IMG/VR virus record: IMGVR_UViG_3300036823_000156
Span: 19,960 to 83,959 of that record
Length of the DNA: 64,000 bases
Direction: 5' to 3' (one strand)
Origin: a virus
The stretch's first letter is position 1. Each line of letters opens with the position of its first letter. Below the pieces are notes generated by a model, which was given only the letters and a program-made list of their open reading frames with translations, ran no database searches and was not told the origin of the DNA. The translations under genes were made by a program, and so were the position numbers. Below, piece after piece: positions 10,398-19,670 of the stretch.

Positions 10398-10964
10398 TCA
10401 CAGAACCTGGGCGAACATCACACCGCGTGGCGTGGGCAGATAGATCGGTCGCAGCAATCCCTCCTGCGCCAGTCGCTCCACGTCGGGGCGCACGGGGTGC
10501 TGCGGTCCACAATCGTGGAAGCCGACGATCGCGTCATGAGCCATGCGAACACGCAACGTGCGGAACTCCTGCTGCCGTAGATGTGTCAATGAGTCGAACC
10601 AGGCGAAACCGATCGGTGGTGTTTCATCAGACAGGTTGGCGTGCAGAGAGCTCTTGTGCAGCACGGTCACCGGTAGTCCGCGCACCCGGTCGGCGGACAG
10701 CACGACGCGGTTAGCGTCAGTTTCGTAGGTGTACAGGCGCCCGTGGCCGTTGGCTCGCAGAGCATCACCGATGTACCAAGCGGTCTGCCCGAACGCCGTG
10801 CCGGTCTCCACCACCGTCTCGGGCTGCAGGGCGCGCACGAAGGCGCCAACCAGCTCGCTGACCTCGATCTCGGTCGAGTCGCTGTCGGTCGAGTGCCAGT
10901 ATTCGGGATATGGACAGTCCGGTCGGGCCGGTGTCCATCGGGATTCGGGGACGATCGTCACCAT
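10398..10964 (-). CDS. Class I SAM-dependent methyltransferase (Methyltransf_24-like)
   Basis: VVETGTAFG motif I, F(A)WFDS and VGFHD; start overlaps the upstream GT stop. Confidence 0.8.
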   Translation of the reverse strand: MVTIVPESRWTPARPDCPYPEYWHSTDSDSTEIEVSELVGAFVRALQPETVVETGTAFGQTAWYIGDALRANGHGRLYTYETDANRVVLSADRVRGLPVTVLHKSSLHANLSDETPPIGFAWFDSLTHLRQQEFRTLRVRMAHDAIVGFHDCGPQHPVRPDVERLAQEGLLRPIYLPTPRGVMFAQVL

Positions 10965-11524
10965 GTGGGCCTTCCAGAAGTGTTCTGACCATGCACGTGC
11001 CAGATCCAGGTCCGCTCGGGCAGGTGGCTGAAGCTGGCGTGCTCGTCGAGCAGGGCCAGGTAGAAGCCCCAGTCGTCGTACAGCCCGTTCGGGCCGTGTT
11101 GGAAGCCGCCGACGGCCTGAGCCATCGCGGTGTTCACCAGCGACGGGGTGGGGATGTAGGAGTATCGGCGCAGCGCCTCGGCGCTGAACGGCACGCCGAA
11201 GTGCTGGGGACTGGGGTCGGCCATCCCGCGCATCTCCGGCCACGGGTACACCACGTCGGCGCCGGTGCTCAGCATGTGCCCGTGGCACTGGGCCAGGTGC
11301 TGGGGCAGGAACTCGTCGTCGTCGTCCAGGAACGCCACGTACTTCGTGGTGACCTTGGCCAGCGCCCGATTCTTGGTGCTCGCCGCGCCCAACCTCTGCA
11401 CGTCGGTCTCGACGATGATCGCATCCGGCCGGAGATCCTGCCCCAACACGGACGCCACGGCCCGCCGCAGCAACTCGCGCCGCGGCGGGATCGTGGCAAT
11501 GCACACCGTGATGTTCGAGGTCAT
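10958..11524 (-). CDS. Glycosyltransferase family 2
   Basis: TVCIATI...RAVASV...KNRAL...VAFLDDDDE (GT-A DXD). Confidence 0.9.
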   Translation of the reverse strand: MTSNITVCIATIPPRRELLRRAVASVLGQDLRPDAIIVETDVQRLGAASTKNRALAKVTTKYVAFLDDDDEFLPQHLAQCHGHMLSTGADVVYPWPEMRGMADPSPQHFGVPFSAEALRRYSYIPTPSLVNTAMAQAVGGFQHGPNGLYDDWGFYLALLDEHASFSHLPERTWIWHVHGQNTSGRPTW

Positions 11525-11757
11525 ACGTTGAGATCTACGACACCGAGCATCGTGCCGATGCGGTCGCGCAAGGCGGTCGCGTCAGCCTGGCTCACCGGTA
11601 TCGGGCCCACCAGGAACTCGGCGAATTGAACGCCGAAGGTGGTGTTCGTGGTGTTCCAGGCTTCGACCTGAAAACCGCCATCGGTGTTTTCGGCGACCAC
11701 AATACTGCTCATGTGATCCATATTGATGGGCTGTCCGAACTTATCCTTTATCCACAT
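11521..11757 (-). CDS. Hypothetical protein (paralog of 11796..12023)
   Basis: Shares (I/V)NMDH motif with its neighbour; low GC. Confidence 0.6.
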   Translation of the reverse strand: MWIKDKFGQPINMDHMSSIVVAENTDGGFQVEAWNTTNTTFGVQFAEFLVGPIPVSQADATALRDRIGTMLGVVDLNV

Positions 11758-11795
11758 TATGCGCCTCTACCTTTCGCTCTCGAATAATGTTTTTG

Positions 11796-12023
11796 TTACG
11801 GCAAGTCGTATCCGCGAACCAATGCTTGCAATGTCGCTTCTGCCACCGCCACGTCGGTATATATGTTAGGGCTTTGGTGCGTAGTGCCCGACACATCGTC
11901 GAAGAATATTCCCCAGTTCTCAGTAGTGGGAATGGTCTTGACGTATGCCTTGACGACATGATCCATATTCACGTAGGAAGAGTTGTTTGAGGTGTCATCG
12001 TCTGCTTCGATCCACACAGCCAT
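11796..12023 (-). CDS. Hypothetical protein (paralog of 11521..11757)
   Basis: W(I)...VNMDHV; low GC. Confidence 0.6.
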   Translation of the reverse strand: MAVWIEADDDTSNNSSYVNMDHVVKAYVKTIPTTENWGIFFDDVSGTTHQSPNIYTDVAVAEATLQALVRGYDLP

Positions 12024-12032
12024 GTGAAATAC

Positions 12033-12647
12033 TCAGCCCTTCTCATACAATTTTCTGTTGGGATTGTTTGTGCTCATGTCACGATGTTCGCCAGAATGCC
12101 ACAGATCATACGCCCAAGGAAGATTGGAAGGGTGTCGAAGAAGGCGTTCTCGGCCACCGGACAGGCGACGCAGAAAGTCAGTGTCCTCGTAGCCCCATCC
12201 TTCGTAGCGTTCGTCCATTCCTCCCAACGAATCCCACACACCGCTGCGCATGGCAACGATCCCTTGACAACTGTAATCAGAATTTTCCGGCTTAAAAGAT
12301 TTTGGATTGCTGCCAGCCAGGATGCGATTGGTATCGGCCTTGCCGTAGTAGAATACGCCACTGAAAACAAAGGACCATAATGGCCAGTCAGTTGTTCTTT
12401 CGACCGCCTGCTTGATGGCATCCACGTCGGGCAAATGATCGGCGCCCAGTTTGACGTAAACATCCCCCGTCGCCTTTTTCGCTGCGCGATTTGTTGCGCG
12501 CGAACAATTGAACGGGTGTCCGTTGTCGTCGTCCTCGCCGACGCAGATTTCGAAGGGGGTGGCTTCCCACAGCGGGTGCATGTAGTTCCAGATGCGCTCG
12601 CGCTGGCCGTGATCGGTCCGCCAGGGGATCAGGATCGAGACCTTCAT
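12033..12647 (-). CDS. Glycosyltransferase (GT2 / galactosyltransferase-C-like)
   Basis: VSILIPWR, FNCSRATN, GAD and GGMDERYEGWGYEDTDF motifs. Confidence 0.88.
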   Translation of the reverse strand: MKVSILIPWRTDHGQRERIWNYMHPLWEATPFEICVGEDDDNGHPFNCSRATNRAAKKATGDVYVKLGADHLPDVDAIKQAVERTTDWPLWSFVFSGVFYYGKADTNRILAGSNPKSFKPENSDYSCQGIVAMRSGVWDSLGGMDERYEGWGYEDTDFLRRLSGGRERLLRHPSNLPWAYDLWHSGEHRDMSTNNPNRKLYEKG

Positions 12648-12967
12648 TGGCGCAGTGCCATGGTCGAGTAGTGCAGCGCTTCGTCGGCCTTCGCGGTTTC
12701 GGAGAAAACGTTCAGGCGTCCGTCTTCGTCGAACTCGGCGGGGAAGTCCTCGGGGAATTCGCGGGCCAGCGCGGTGTACAGCTCGAAGATCCAGTCACTG
12801 TTGCCGAAGGGATGCTTGGCGCTGAACCCGTCTGTCTCGTCGAGCAGGGCACTCAGCAGCAGGACCAGGTATTCCCGGATGGTGCTGGCGCCCGCGTCGT
12901 TGCCGTGGGGGTCCATCGGGCAGGCCAACACGAGTTCGGGGGACGGGAAGATCACTGCTTCGGTCAT
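12644..12967 (-). CDS. Hypothetical protein
   Basis: Coupled ORF with typical codon usage. Confidence 0.6.
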   Translation of the reverse strand: MTEAVIFPSPELVLACPMDPHGNDAGASTIREYLVLLLSALLDETDGFSAKHPFGNSDWIFELYTALAREFPEDFPAEFDEDGRLNVFSETAKADEALHYSTMALRQ

Positions 12968-13149
12968 GATGCCTCCTGGGGCCAGCTGATCTGCAGGGTG
13001 GGGTTGAGGGCCAGCAATTCGTTGGCGCGATCGAACTCGGCGTCACTCACGTTGCCCAACATGTCGGAGAGCGTGTCGGTGTCGGCCAGGTTGTTCAGCT
13101 GAGTCTGCAGGTCCTCGCAGATGCGCGCCTTGATCTCGTCGTCGTTCAC
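12964..13149 (-). CDS. Hypothetical protein
   Basis: GTG start overlapping the GT4 stop; VNDDEIKARI... Confidence 0.55.
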   Translation of the reverse strand: MNDDEIKARICEDLQTQLNNLADTDTLSDMLGNVSDAEFDRANELLALNPTLQISWPQEAS

Positions 13150-14213
13150 CGGGTCTCTCCTAGCAGTACGTGGGCCCATTTCCAGGCGTTCTTCTCGTAG
13201 GTGTGCGCGCGGGCGACCGCGCGGGCGTTGGCGCCCATCGTCTCGCGCAGCTCGCGGTCGTGCACGAGGGTGGTCAGGTGGGTGGCCATCTCGCCGGGGG
13301 TGCGGAACAGCAGGCCGGTCTCGCCGTGCAGCACGAAGTCGTGGTACGGGCCGTAGTCGCTGGCTACGATCGGGATGCCCAGCGCCGCGCACTCCAGCGC
13401 CTTGATCGGCGACTTGGAGAGGTTGAACGGATGCTGGCGCAGCGGGGCGACGCACACGTCGAAGTTGATCCGGCGCAGGTAGTCCTCGACGCCGTGCACC
13501 CAGCCCAGGCCGGTGACGCGCTCGGGCGGAATGGCCCGCAGGTCGGCGGTGAAGTAGTCCGTATCGCCCATGATGTGCAGCAGGGCGCTCTGCTCGCGGT
13601 CGATCCACTGCACCAGCCGGGGCAGGTAGTGCTGCCAGTCCATGCTGTGGTTGCTGCTGCCGCCCCAGCCGACCACGGTGGCGCGACGCTTCCAGTAGCT
13701 GCGGGCCACCGAGTCGTGTTCGTCGGGGATCAGGTGCTCGTGCCGCGGTCGCCGGTGCTTCAGCAGCCACGCGGGGATGTAGTTCGGGATCACGTACACC
13801 GGGGCGTCGGTGTGCTGCCGGGCCACGTCGGCCAGGGCGCGGCGGGTCACGATCACACCGGTGGACACGGCGAGGTTGGCGTGGATGCGGCCCAGGATCG
13901 CCGAGGTGTACTCGGGGTAGGCCGGGTTGGCCCGGTCGATGCTGAACACGTCGTCGTCCATCTCGAAGAACAGCCGCTGCCCCTCGGCGGCCAGGCCCTG
14001 CCACAGTCGACTGGGCTCCTCCTCGGCGACGAACTGGCCGAGGATGGTGACGTGCTCCTTCAGGCCCGCGTCACCCCGGGCGCCGGGGTGCAGCTCGTTG
14101 GGCAGGTACCGGCTCCAGGCGCACGAGTAGCCCTGCGCGTTGAGCGCGGTCATCGGCTGCTGGACGCGGTACCAGGCTACGGCGCCGTCGTTACTGGTCC
14201 ATCCAAAGAGCAT
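13146..14213 (-). CDS. Glycosyltransferase family 4 (GT-B)
   Basis: WYRVQQP, FEMDDD, VIPNY, VGWGGS..H, FNLSKSPIKALECAALGIPIVASD motifs. Confidence 0.9.
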   Translation of the reverse strand: MLFGWTSNDGAVAWYRVQQPMTALNAQGYSCAWSRYLPNELHPGARGDAGLKEHVTILGQFVAEEEPSRLWQGLAAEGQRLFFEMDDDVFSIDRANPAYPEYTSAILGRIHANLAVSTGVIVTRRALADVARQHTDAPVYVIPNYIPAWLLKHRRPRHEHLIPDEHDSVARSYWKRRATVVGWGGSSNHSMDWQHYLPRLVQWIDREQSALLHIMGDTDYFTADLRAIPPERVTGLGWVHGVEDYLRRINFDVCVAPLRQHPFNLSKSPIKALECAALGIPIVASDYGPYHDFVLHGETGLLFRTPGEMATHLTTLVHDRELRETMGANARAVARAHTYEKNAWKWAHVLLGETR

Positions 14214-14620
14214 GCGCCGGTCCGCAGGGCCTTCTCCACGTGCCGCGGTGGCCGGATCGCCTTCACGCCCCGCGACCTCGCCAGCGCCACCAGCTCTGTC
14301 CATGTGATCGGCTTCTCCAGTCGGTCCAGGCCCGCGCGGGCCCGTGCGTGGGTGTCGGGGGTGTAAGTGTCGCTGGCCAGCTCCCGGCGGTACAGCAGAC
14401 GGGTCATCTCGCGGTGCTCGCGCACCTCGGGCAGCCACAGGGCGACGAACGCGTCCCACTGGGCGTCGTCGGGCGAGCGCACGCCGGTGGACGGCCCGAG
14501 CCGGGCGATCTCCGCCTTGTGCAGGGCGCGTGCGCGTTCGTGCGGGGTGGGGTTGTTGGCGATGTAGCGGCGGTGCGCCTCGTTGTCGAGGTGGTGGCGC
14601 CAGATGCTGAATACTCCCAT
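14177..14620 (-). CDS. Hypothetical protein
   Basis: ATG preceded by AAAGG; ORF fills the gap. Confidence 0.55.
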   Translation of the reverse strand: MGVFSIWRHHLDNEAHRRYIANNPTPHERARALHKAEIARLGPSTGVRSPDDAQWDAFVALWLPEVREHREMTRLLYRRELASDTYTPDTHARARAGLDRLEKPITWTELVALARSRGVKAIRPPRHVEKALRTGACSLDGPVTTAP

Positions 14621-14679
14621 GTGTCGTAGCCCTTTCGTTGGAGAGCGGTATCCGGCCGCTCTAGCAGAGGATGGTAACA

Positions 14680-14728
14680 CGAGAGCCCGGCCAGTGGTAG
14701 GGCTACCTCACCACTGACCGGGCTCTCG
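14680..14728. terminator. GC-rich hairpin, probable terminator
   Basis: cgagagcccggccagtggt / accactgaccgggctctcg inverted repeat in an intergenic gap. Confidence 0.55.
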
Positions 14729-14805
14729 CTACTCCGGGACCACGCTGGCCGGCACCGGTATGCGTCGTGCCAGCGGCTGCCTGCGGAGTTCTCCCCGATC
14801 GTAGC

Positions 14806-15354
14806 CTACCCGAACAGGTGCGGCCACCATTCGGCGCGTCGCTTCGGGCCCAGTCGGAGGTCGTGTGCCTTGCGCAGCCACAGAACCGAGTGCCTGTCGG
14901 CGTCGCGGGCATGACCCAGGCCGCCCTTGCGTTCGTAAAGATCAATCTCTTTGAGATAGTCGTCGGTGGCCGTGCCCATCGCCTCGCTGGGCTGCTGTCG
15001 GAACGTGTAGCGCGGGTCTCCGACGAAGTGCAGCGCGAAGTCCAGCTTGGCCGTCAGGCGGACCGGGGACAGCACTTCCTTGTCCTGGTTGAACATTCGG
15101 ATGATGAAGTCCTCGACCAGGATGCAGGCGTCGGGATACTGACGGCACAACCGAAGCATGTCCTCGGCGGCCACGTCCTCGTCCTTGCTGTCGATCTGAC
15201 CGTGGTCCCAGAACAGCGCCGTGCCGAACATGGTGGCCACCGAAGCCTTCTTGTTCAGCATGGCTTGGCGGGATACGGTCAGCACCGACCAGCCCGTCGT
15301 GCCGCCCGGGTCGAAGGCCAGCACGGTGGGGTGCTCGGCGCTGAAGTCGGGCAT
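14806..15354 (-). CDS. RuvC-like Holliday junction resolvase
   Basis: VLAFDPGGTTGW...LVEDF...HARDA RNase-H-fold acidic residues. Confidence 0.75.
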   Translation of the reverse strand: MPDFSAEHPTVLAFDPGGTTGWSVLTVSRQAMLNKKASVATMFGTALFWDHGQIDSKDEDVAAEDMLRLCRQYPDACILVEDFIIRMFNQDKEVLSPVRLTAKLDFALHFVGDPRYTFRQQPSEAMGTATDDYLKEIDLYERKGGLGHARDADRHSVLWLRKAHDLRLGPKRRAEWWPHLFG

Positions 15355-15542
15355 TACTGCTGCTCGATGGCGATGACGTGGATCAGGTTGACGTAGTCGC
15401 CGCTGGGCAGTTCCAGGAAGCTGCACGGCGAGTCGCTCATCACGACGTGCGACACGCGGTCGTCGAAGATGCTGGATGGGTCGCCGTACCACGTGCGCTG
15501 CGTGCCGTCACTGAGCCGCAGGGTGTAGTTGGCTTCGCTCAT
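15354..15542 (-). CDS. Hypothetical protein
   Basis: Coupled small ORF. Confidence 0.55.
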   Translation of the reverse strand: MSEANYTLRLSDGTQRTWYGDPSSIFDDRVSHVVMSDSPCSFLELPSGDYVNLIHVIAIEQQ

Positions 15543-15934
15543 TCGGGATTCCTTCTCTCCCACCGGATCATGGCTTCGGCGCGGATCGCGTCCACGTCGG
15601 GGCGATAGCAGTTGAGGAACACGGCCAGCATCTCGGCCGACCCGCGCAGGTACCCGACGGACTCAGGCGTCGAGTGATCCATCACCTCGTCCATCTTCTG
15701 ATCGATCAGACTCCACATGCTCTCCAGCAGCGTCCCGCCGTGCGCGCTGATGGAAAACGTCCCACGATGTTCCGGGGCCGTAGTTCGCGGCGAGGTAGCG
15801 GCTGGCTGCGACGACCTGCTCGGCCGGGGTGCCGGCGATTCCGGCGGCGTAGTCGATGGGGGAGGGGAGGAACTGGTAGTCCGGTTTGATCCCGCGCGCC
15901 GTCGAGGGCGCGGGGTTACTACTGCCCCACTCAC
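15539..15934 (-). CDS. Hypothetical protein (start uncertain)
   Basis: C-terminal half has phage-like composition and is coupled to the downstream ORF. Confidence 0.4.
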   Translation of the reverse strand: MSGAVVTPRPRRRAGSNRTTSSSPPPSTTPPESPAPRPSRSSQPAATSPRTTAPEHRGTFSISAHGGTLLESMWSLIDQKMDEVMDHSTPESVGYLRGSAEMLAVFLNCYRPDVDAIRAEAMIRWERRNPE

Positions 15935-15960
15935 TCTGCCTCCTGATGAATGCCAGTTGT

Positions 15961-18345
15961 TCAGGCGTTGGAGCCGACGAGATCGTCATCGTCATCGTCG
16001 GCCTCTTCCGGCGCCTCATCCGGTTCCAGAACGCCGAGACTGTTCGCGTAAATGCTGACACCGAAACCACTCCCTACATCCTTCTTGGTGGCCGACACGA
16101 CGACCACGTCCACGTCCAGGTTGATCGCCTCGATCAGCTCGCGCATCGCCGGGAACGCCCACCGGTTGATCCGCACGTACACGTCCTCGTCGCCCTCGTC
16201 GTAGCCGAACAGCACGGCGCTGGTCAGCAGCTCGGGATCGCGCAACTGCTCCAGGATCTCGGCATCGGTGGCGTCCGGGTTGTCGCCGTACTTGCGCTGC
16301 TTCTCCAGTTCGTTGTCGAAGCGGATCTTGCGGATGAAACCGATCCACACCACCGGGTGCTCGCCCTTGGGCGGCATGTCGTTGGAGCTGTGCGTGGGGA
16401 TTGGCAGGCCGGCGAAGTCGGGCAGGCCGCGTCGGATGCCCTCGCGGTACTCGTGCAGCAGGTGGCTGACCCGGTGCAGCTCGAACGGGTCCTCGGCGGT
16501 GGCGAAGCCGATCATGGTGGCGATCGTCTTGGGCCCGATCCCCTTGACCGGTTTGTAGTCCCCCCAGTCGAACGCGCCGTAGCGGCGCTGCTCGGTCAGC
16601 GACCGCTCGACGGCCTCGCGGTGGGCCAGCATGGCCAGCGCGGTCGTCTCGCCGACGTTCGGGATCTGCAGCAGCCCGGCCCGCAGCGCGCCCGCCTCGC
16701 CCTCGGCCAGCAGGGCGGGGGCGGGCTCCCAGGACAGGTCGGACACCTGCGCGTCGGGGGCCAGGATGGTGATGCCGTGGTGCAGGATGTCCTGCATCAG
16801 GCGGGGTGTCTTCTCCTTGCCGGTCTTGGGCAGCTGGCCGGCGTAGAAGGCCAGCGGGTGGTTGGTCTTCAGCCACATCGACCAGTACGCGACCATGGAG
16901 TACGAGCAGGCGTGTGCGTAGTTGAACAGGTACTTGCTGGCCGTGGTCATCCTGGCCCAGATGCGCCGGGCGTCCTCACCGGAGATGCCGTGGTTGCTGG
17001 CGGCGCCGCGCTCGAAGGCGTCGTACAACTCGTTGAACGCGGCCTCGCCCAGCTTGCCGGAGATGATCCGCCGGATCCGGCCGATCTCGGTGCCGGAGAA
17101 CCCGCCGATCTGGGCCAGGATGCGGAACACCTGCTCCTGGAAGATCACCGTGCCGTAGCTGTGCCGGGTGATCTCGTCGATCACCGGATGCACCGACGGG
17201 ATGGCCAGCCGCCCGTGCCGACGGGCGACGTAGGCGGTGTACTCGCCCGATCCCAGCGGACCGGGCCGGGCCAGGGCGCTGATGTCGACGAGGTGGCGGA
17301 AGTCCTCGGGCTCGACGGCCCGGCAGACGCCGCGCTGGGTGCGTCCCTCGAACTGGAAGATGCCGGTCAGGTCGCCGTCCCGGAACGCGTCGAGCACCTT
17401 CTGGTCGTTGAGCGGGACGCGGTAGAGCTCCTCCAGCGGCATGTCGATGATCTTCAGTGACTGGCCGATCATGCCCATCGTGGTCAGTCCCAGGAAGTCG
17501 ATCTTCGTCATGCCGAGGTACTCGGCCGACTTCTTGTCCGCCGCCACGACGGAGACCTGGTGCTTGGTGGCCTTGGTCTTGCCGATCTCGCGGGTGTACG
17601 TGGCGCACACGTCGGTGATGGGTCGCGAGGAGATGACGATGCCGGCGGCGTGCACCGACATGCCGCGGTAGTCGCCCTCGAAGTTCTCGGCCTCCCGGAT
17701 CTGCGGCCACTTCTGAGCGATCTCGCGGGCCTTGGGGAACAGCTCGAACACGTCGTGCACCGAGTCGTTCTGGCGCGGGTCCCCGGCCTCCCGGTCGATG
17801 ATCAGGCCGGCCACCGTCTCGACCGCCCACTTCGGAATCCGGTAGACGCGGCCGATGTCCTTGATCGCCGTCTTGCCGCGGAACCGGGCGTAGTTGGCGA
17901 TGTTGCCGACGCAGTCCTCGCCGTACTTGCGCTTGGCGTACTCGACCATCTCGTGCCGGCGGTCGTCGGCGAAGTCGATGTCGATGTCGGGCATGTCGTC
18001 GCGGGTGGGGTCCAGGAACCGTTCGAACAGCATGTTGGGGTAGCGCATCGGGTTGATCTCGGTGATGCGCAGCAGATAGCACACCAGGCTGGCGGCGGCC
18101 GACCCCCGGCCTGGCCCGACGGCGATGCCGTGGTCCTTGGCGTGGCGCACCAGATCTGAAACGATCAAGAAGTAGTCGCAGAAGTCCTTGCCGACGATCG
18201 TGTCCATCTCGTAGTGGATGCGCGTGGTCACGTCGGCGGCGTGCTGCCCGAGGAACCCGTCGTGCGGTGCCCGGAACGTCCAGCCGTTGCGCAGCCAGGT
18301 CCATAGCAGCTCGGTGGAGTTGACCGGCTGGGACGCCGTGGTCAT
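15961..18345 (-). CDS. dnaE: DNA polymerase III alpha (DnaE), polymerase/HhH/OB part of a split gene
   Basis: GPGRGSAAASLV, MPDIDIDF, SVHAAG, KIDFLGL, GIFQF, FNYAHA. Confidence 0.93.
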   Translation of the reverse strand: MTTASQPVNSTELLWTWLRNGWTFRAPHDGFLGQHAADVTTRIHYEMDTIVGKDFCDYFLIVSDLVRHAKDHGIAVGPGRGSAAASLVCYLLRITEINPMRYPNMLFERFLDPTRDDMPDIDIDFADDRRHEMVEYAKRKYGEDCVGNIANYARFRGKTAIKDIGRVYRIPKWAVETVAGLIIDREAGDPRQNDSVHDVFELFPKAREIAQKWPQIREAENFEGDYRGMSVHAAGIVISSRPITDVCATYTREIGKTKATKHQVSVVAADKKSAEYLGMTKIDFLGLTTMGMIGQSLKIIDMPLEELYRVPLNDQKVLDAFRDGDLTGIFQFEGRTQRGVCRAVEPEDFRHLVDISALARPGPLGSGEYTAYVARRHGRLAIPSVHPVIDEITRHSYGTVIFQEQVFRILAQIGGFSGTEIGRIRRIISGKLGEAAFNELYDAFERGAASNHGISGEDARRIWARMTTASKYLFNYAHACSYSMVAYWSMWLKTNHPLAFYAGQLPKTGKEKTPRLMQDILHHGITILAPDAQVSDLSWEPAPALLAEGEAGALRAGLLQIPNVGETTALAMLAHREAVERSLTEQRRYGAFDWGDYKPVKGIGPKTIATMIGFATAEDPFELHRVSHLLHEYREGIRRGLPDFAGLPIPTHSSNDMPPKGEHPVVWIGFIRKIRFDNELEKQRKYGDNPDATDAEILEQLRDPELLTSAVLFGYDEGDEDVYVRINRWAFPAMRELIEAINLDVDVVVVSATKKDVGSGFGVSIYANSLGVLEPDEAPEEADDDDDDLVGSNA

Positions 18346-18500
18346 CGCCACCCCCAACTCCGGTCGAGGTGCCGGCGGGCCGCCGCGCGAGCGTGGATCT
18401 GTTGCCACCACATGTGATTGGCCGTCATGTCGCCGCGCAGGCGAGCCTCCTTGGCCTGGGAGCGCATGTAGTTGTACCAATTCGTGTTGACGCGAGCCAT
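18342..18500 (-). CDS. Small 52-aa ORF inserted between the two DnaE halves
   Basis: TGATG and ATGA overlaps with both neighbours; MARVNTNWYNYM... Confidence 0.55.
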   Translation of the reverse strand: MARVNTNWYNYMRSQAKEARLRGDMTANHMWWQQIHARAAARRHLDRSWGWR

Positions 18501-19429
18501 CACCACTCCAGGTCGTCGGTGGTGCCGGGGAAGCGCACGCGCTCGGTCTTGGGCAGCGTGACCTGGCAGCGCTGGCCGATCTCCTCGGAATTGCAGATGG
18601 CTTCCCACGCCTGTGTGCGGGTCAGGCCGGTGGCCATCAGCTGTTCGCCGATCTGCTTGTCGGACAGGGGGTAGGAGAGACGAATGTCGTATTCCCAGCC
18701 CGCGTCCTGGCTTTCCACCGTGCCGCCGCGCAGTGCCGCGTGAAGGGCCACCTGGACGCGATTCTGCTCTGGAAGGAGATAGTGAACGTCTGCGGTGGCA
18801 ACGAGGGGAATGCCGAACTCGGCGGAAAGCTCAGCGTAAATCCCGTTGAGTGTGCGACAACGTCGCAGTTCAGGGAAGCGCTGTACTTCGAGGTAGTACC
18901 CGTCGCCGTAGACGTCGAGGAACCAATTGATGACAGCTCTCGCTCGATCAAGGTCGAGATCGCTCGCCGTATCGCGTTGCTCACCAAGACTTTTGCCTCC
19001 CAGCAGGGTGCAGGCCAGCAGCGAGTCGGCGCAGCCCGAGGTGGAGATGAGGCCCTCGCCGTGCGCGGCCAGCATGTCGGAGTGGCAGGTGGGGAACTTG
19101 GAGGCCGCGGTCACGCCCAGGGTGGCCCACGACCCGGCCATCAGCTGGCACAGGTTGCGGTACCCGGCCAGGTTCTCCGCGACCACGGTCTGGTGCCACT
19201 TGCGCTTCTCGTTCGGCGGGGCGGTGTACAGCTCGCAGCCGAACGCCGGGTGCAGCCCGACGGCGAGCAGTTCCTTCTCCCATAGCGGGTGCGCCGTGGT
19301 GTTGCCATGGTCGGTGATGGCCGCGCCGGTGTAACCCAACTCGGCCAGCCGGGCGGCGTGCTCCTTCGGCGTCTTCGCCCCGTCGCCATAGCTGTAGGTG
19401 CAGTGCGTGTGGACACTGAAGAAGCGCAT
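18500..19429 (-). CDS. dnaE: DnaE N-terminal PHP domain (stand-alone)
   Basis: HTHCTYSYGDG, AITDHG, GCELY, YYLEVQ, ATADVHY. Confidence 0.9.
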   Translation of the reverse strand: MRFFSVHTHCTYSYGDGAKTPKEHAARLAELGYTGAAITDHGNTTAHPLWEKELLAVGLHPAFGCELYTAPPNEKRKWHQTVVAENLAGYRNLCQLMAGSWATLGVTAASKFPTCHSDMLAAHGEGLISTSGCADSLLACTLLGGKSLGEQRDTASDLDLDRARAVINWFLDVYGDGYYLEVQRFPELRRCRTLNGIYAELSAEFGIPLVATADVHYLLPEQNRVQVALHAALRGGTVESQDAGWEYDIRLSYPLSDKQIGEQLMATGLTRTQAWEAICNSEEIGQRCQVTLPKTERVRFPGTTDDLEW

Positions 19430-19659
19430 CACGGGTGTTTCGTTTGGTACTGCAGGACGGCGGCCTCCATCTTGCGGGCCGCGTTGACGATCGAGGTGCG
19501 GGCGCCGCGCACGCGGTGATCGTCGTGGGAGGCGCCGTCGATCAGCAGGTTGTCCAGGCGACCGTGCGCCATGGCCCACACGAAGATCGGCTTCTTCAGT
19601 TCCTCGTACAGGTCTTCGACGCGTTCGACGAGCTGCTCGTCCGGTGTTGGTGTCGACAT
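19429..19659 (-). CDS. Hypothetical protein
   Basis: GAGGAG RBS; coupled to the PHP gene. Confidence 0.6.
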   Translation of the reverse strand: MSTPTPDEQLVERVEDLYEELKKPIFVWAMAHGRLDNLLIDGASHDDHRVRGARTSIVNAARKMEAAVLQYQTKHP

Positions 19660-19670
19660 GGTCGTGCTCC

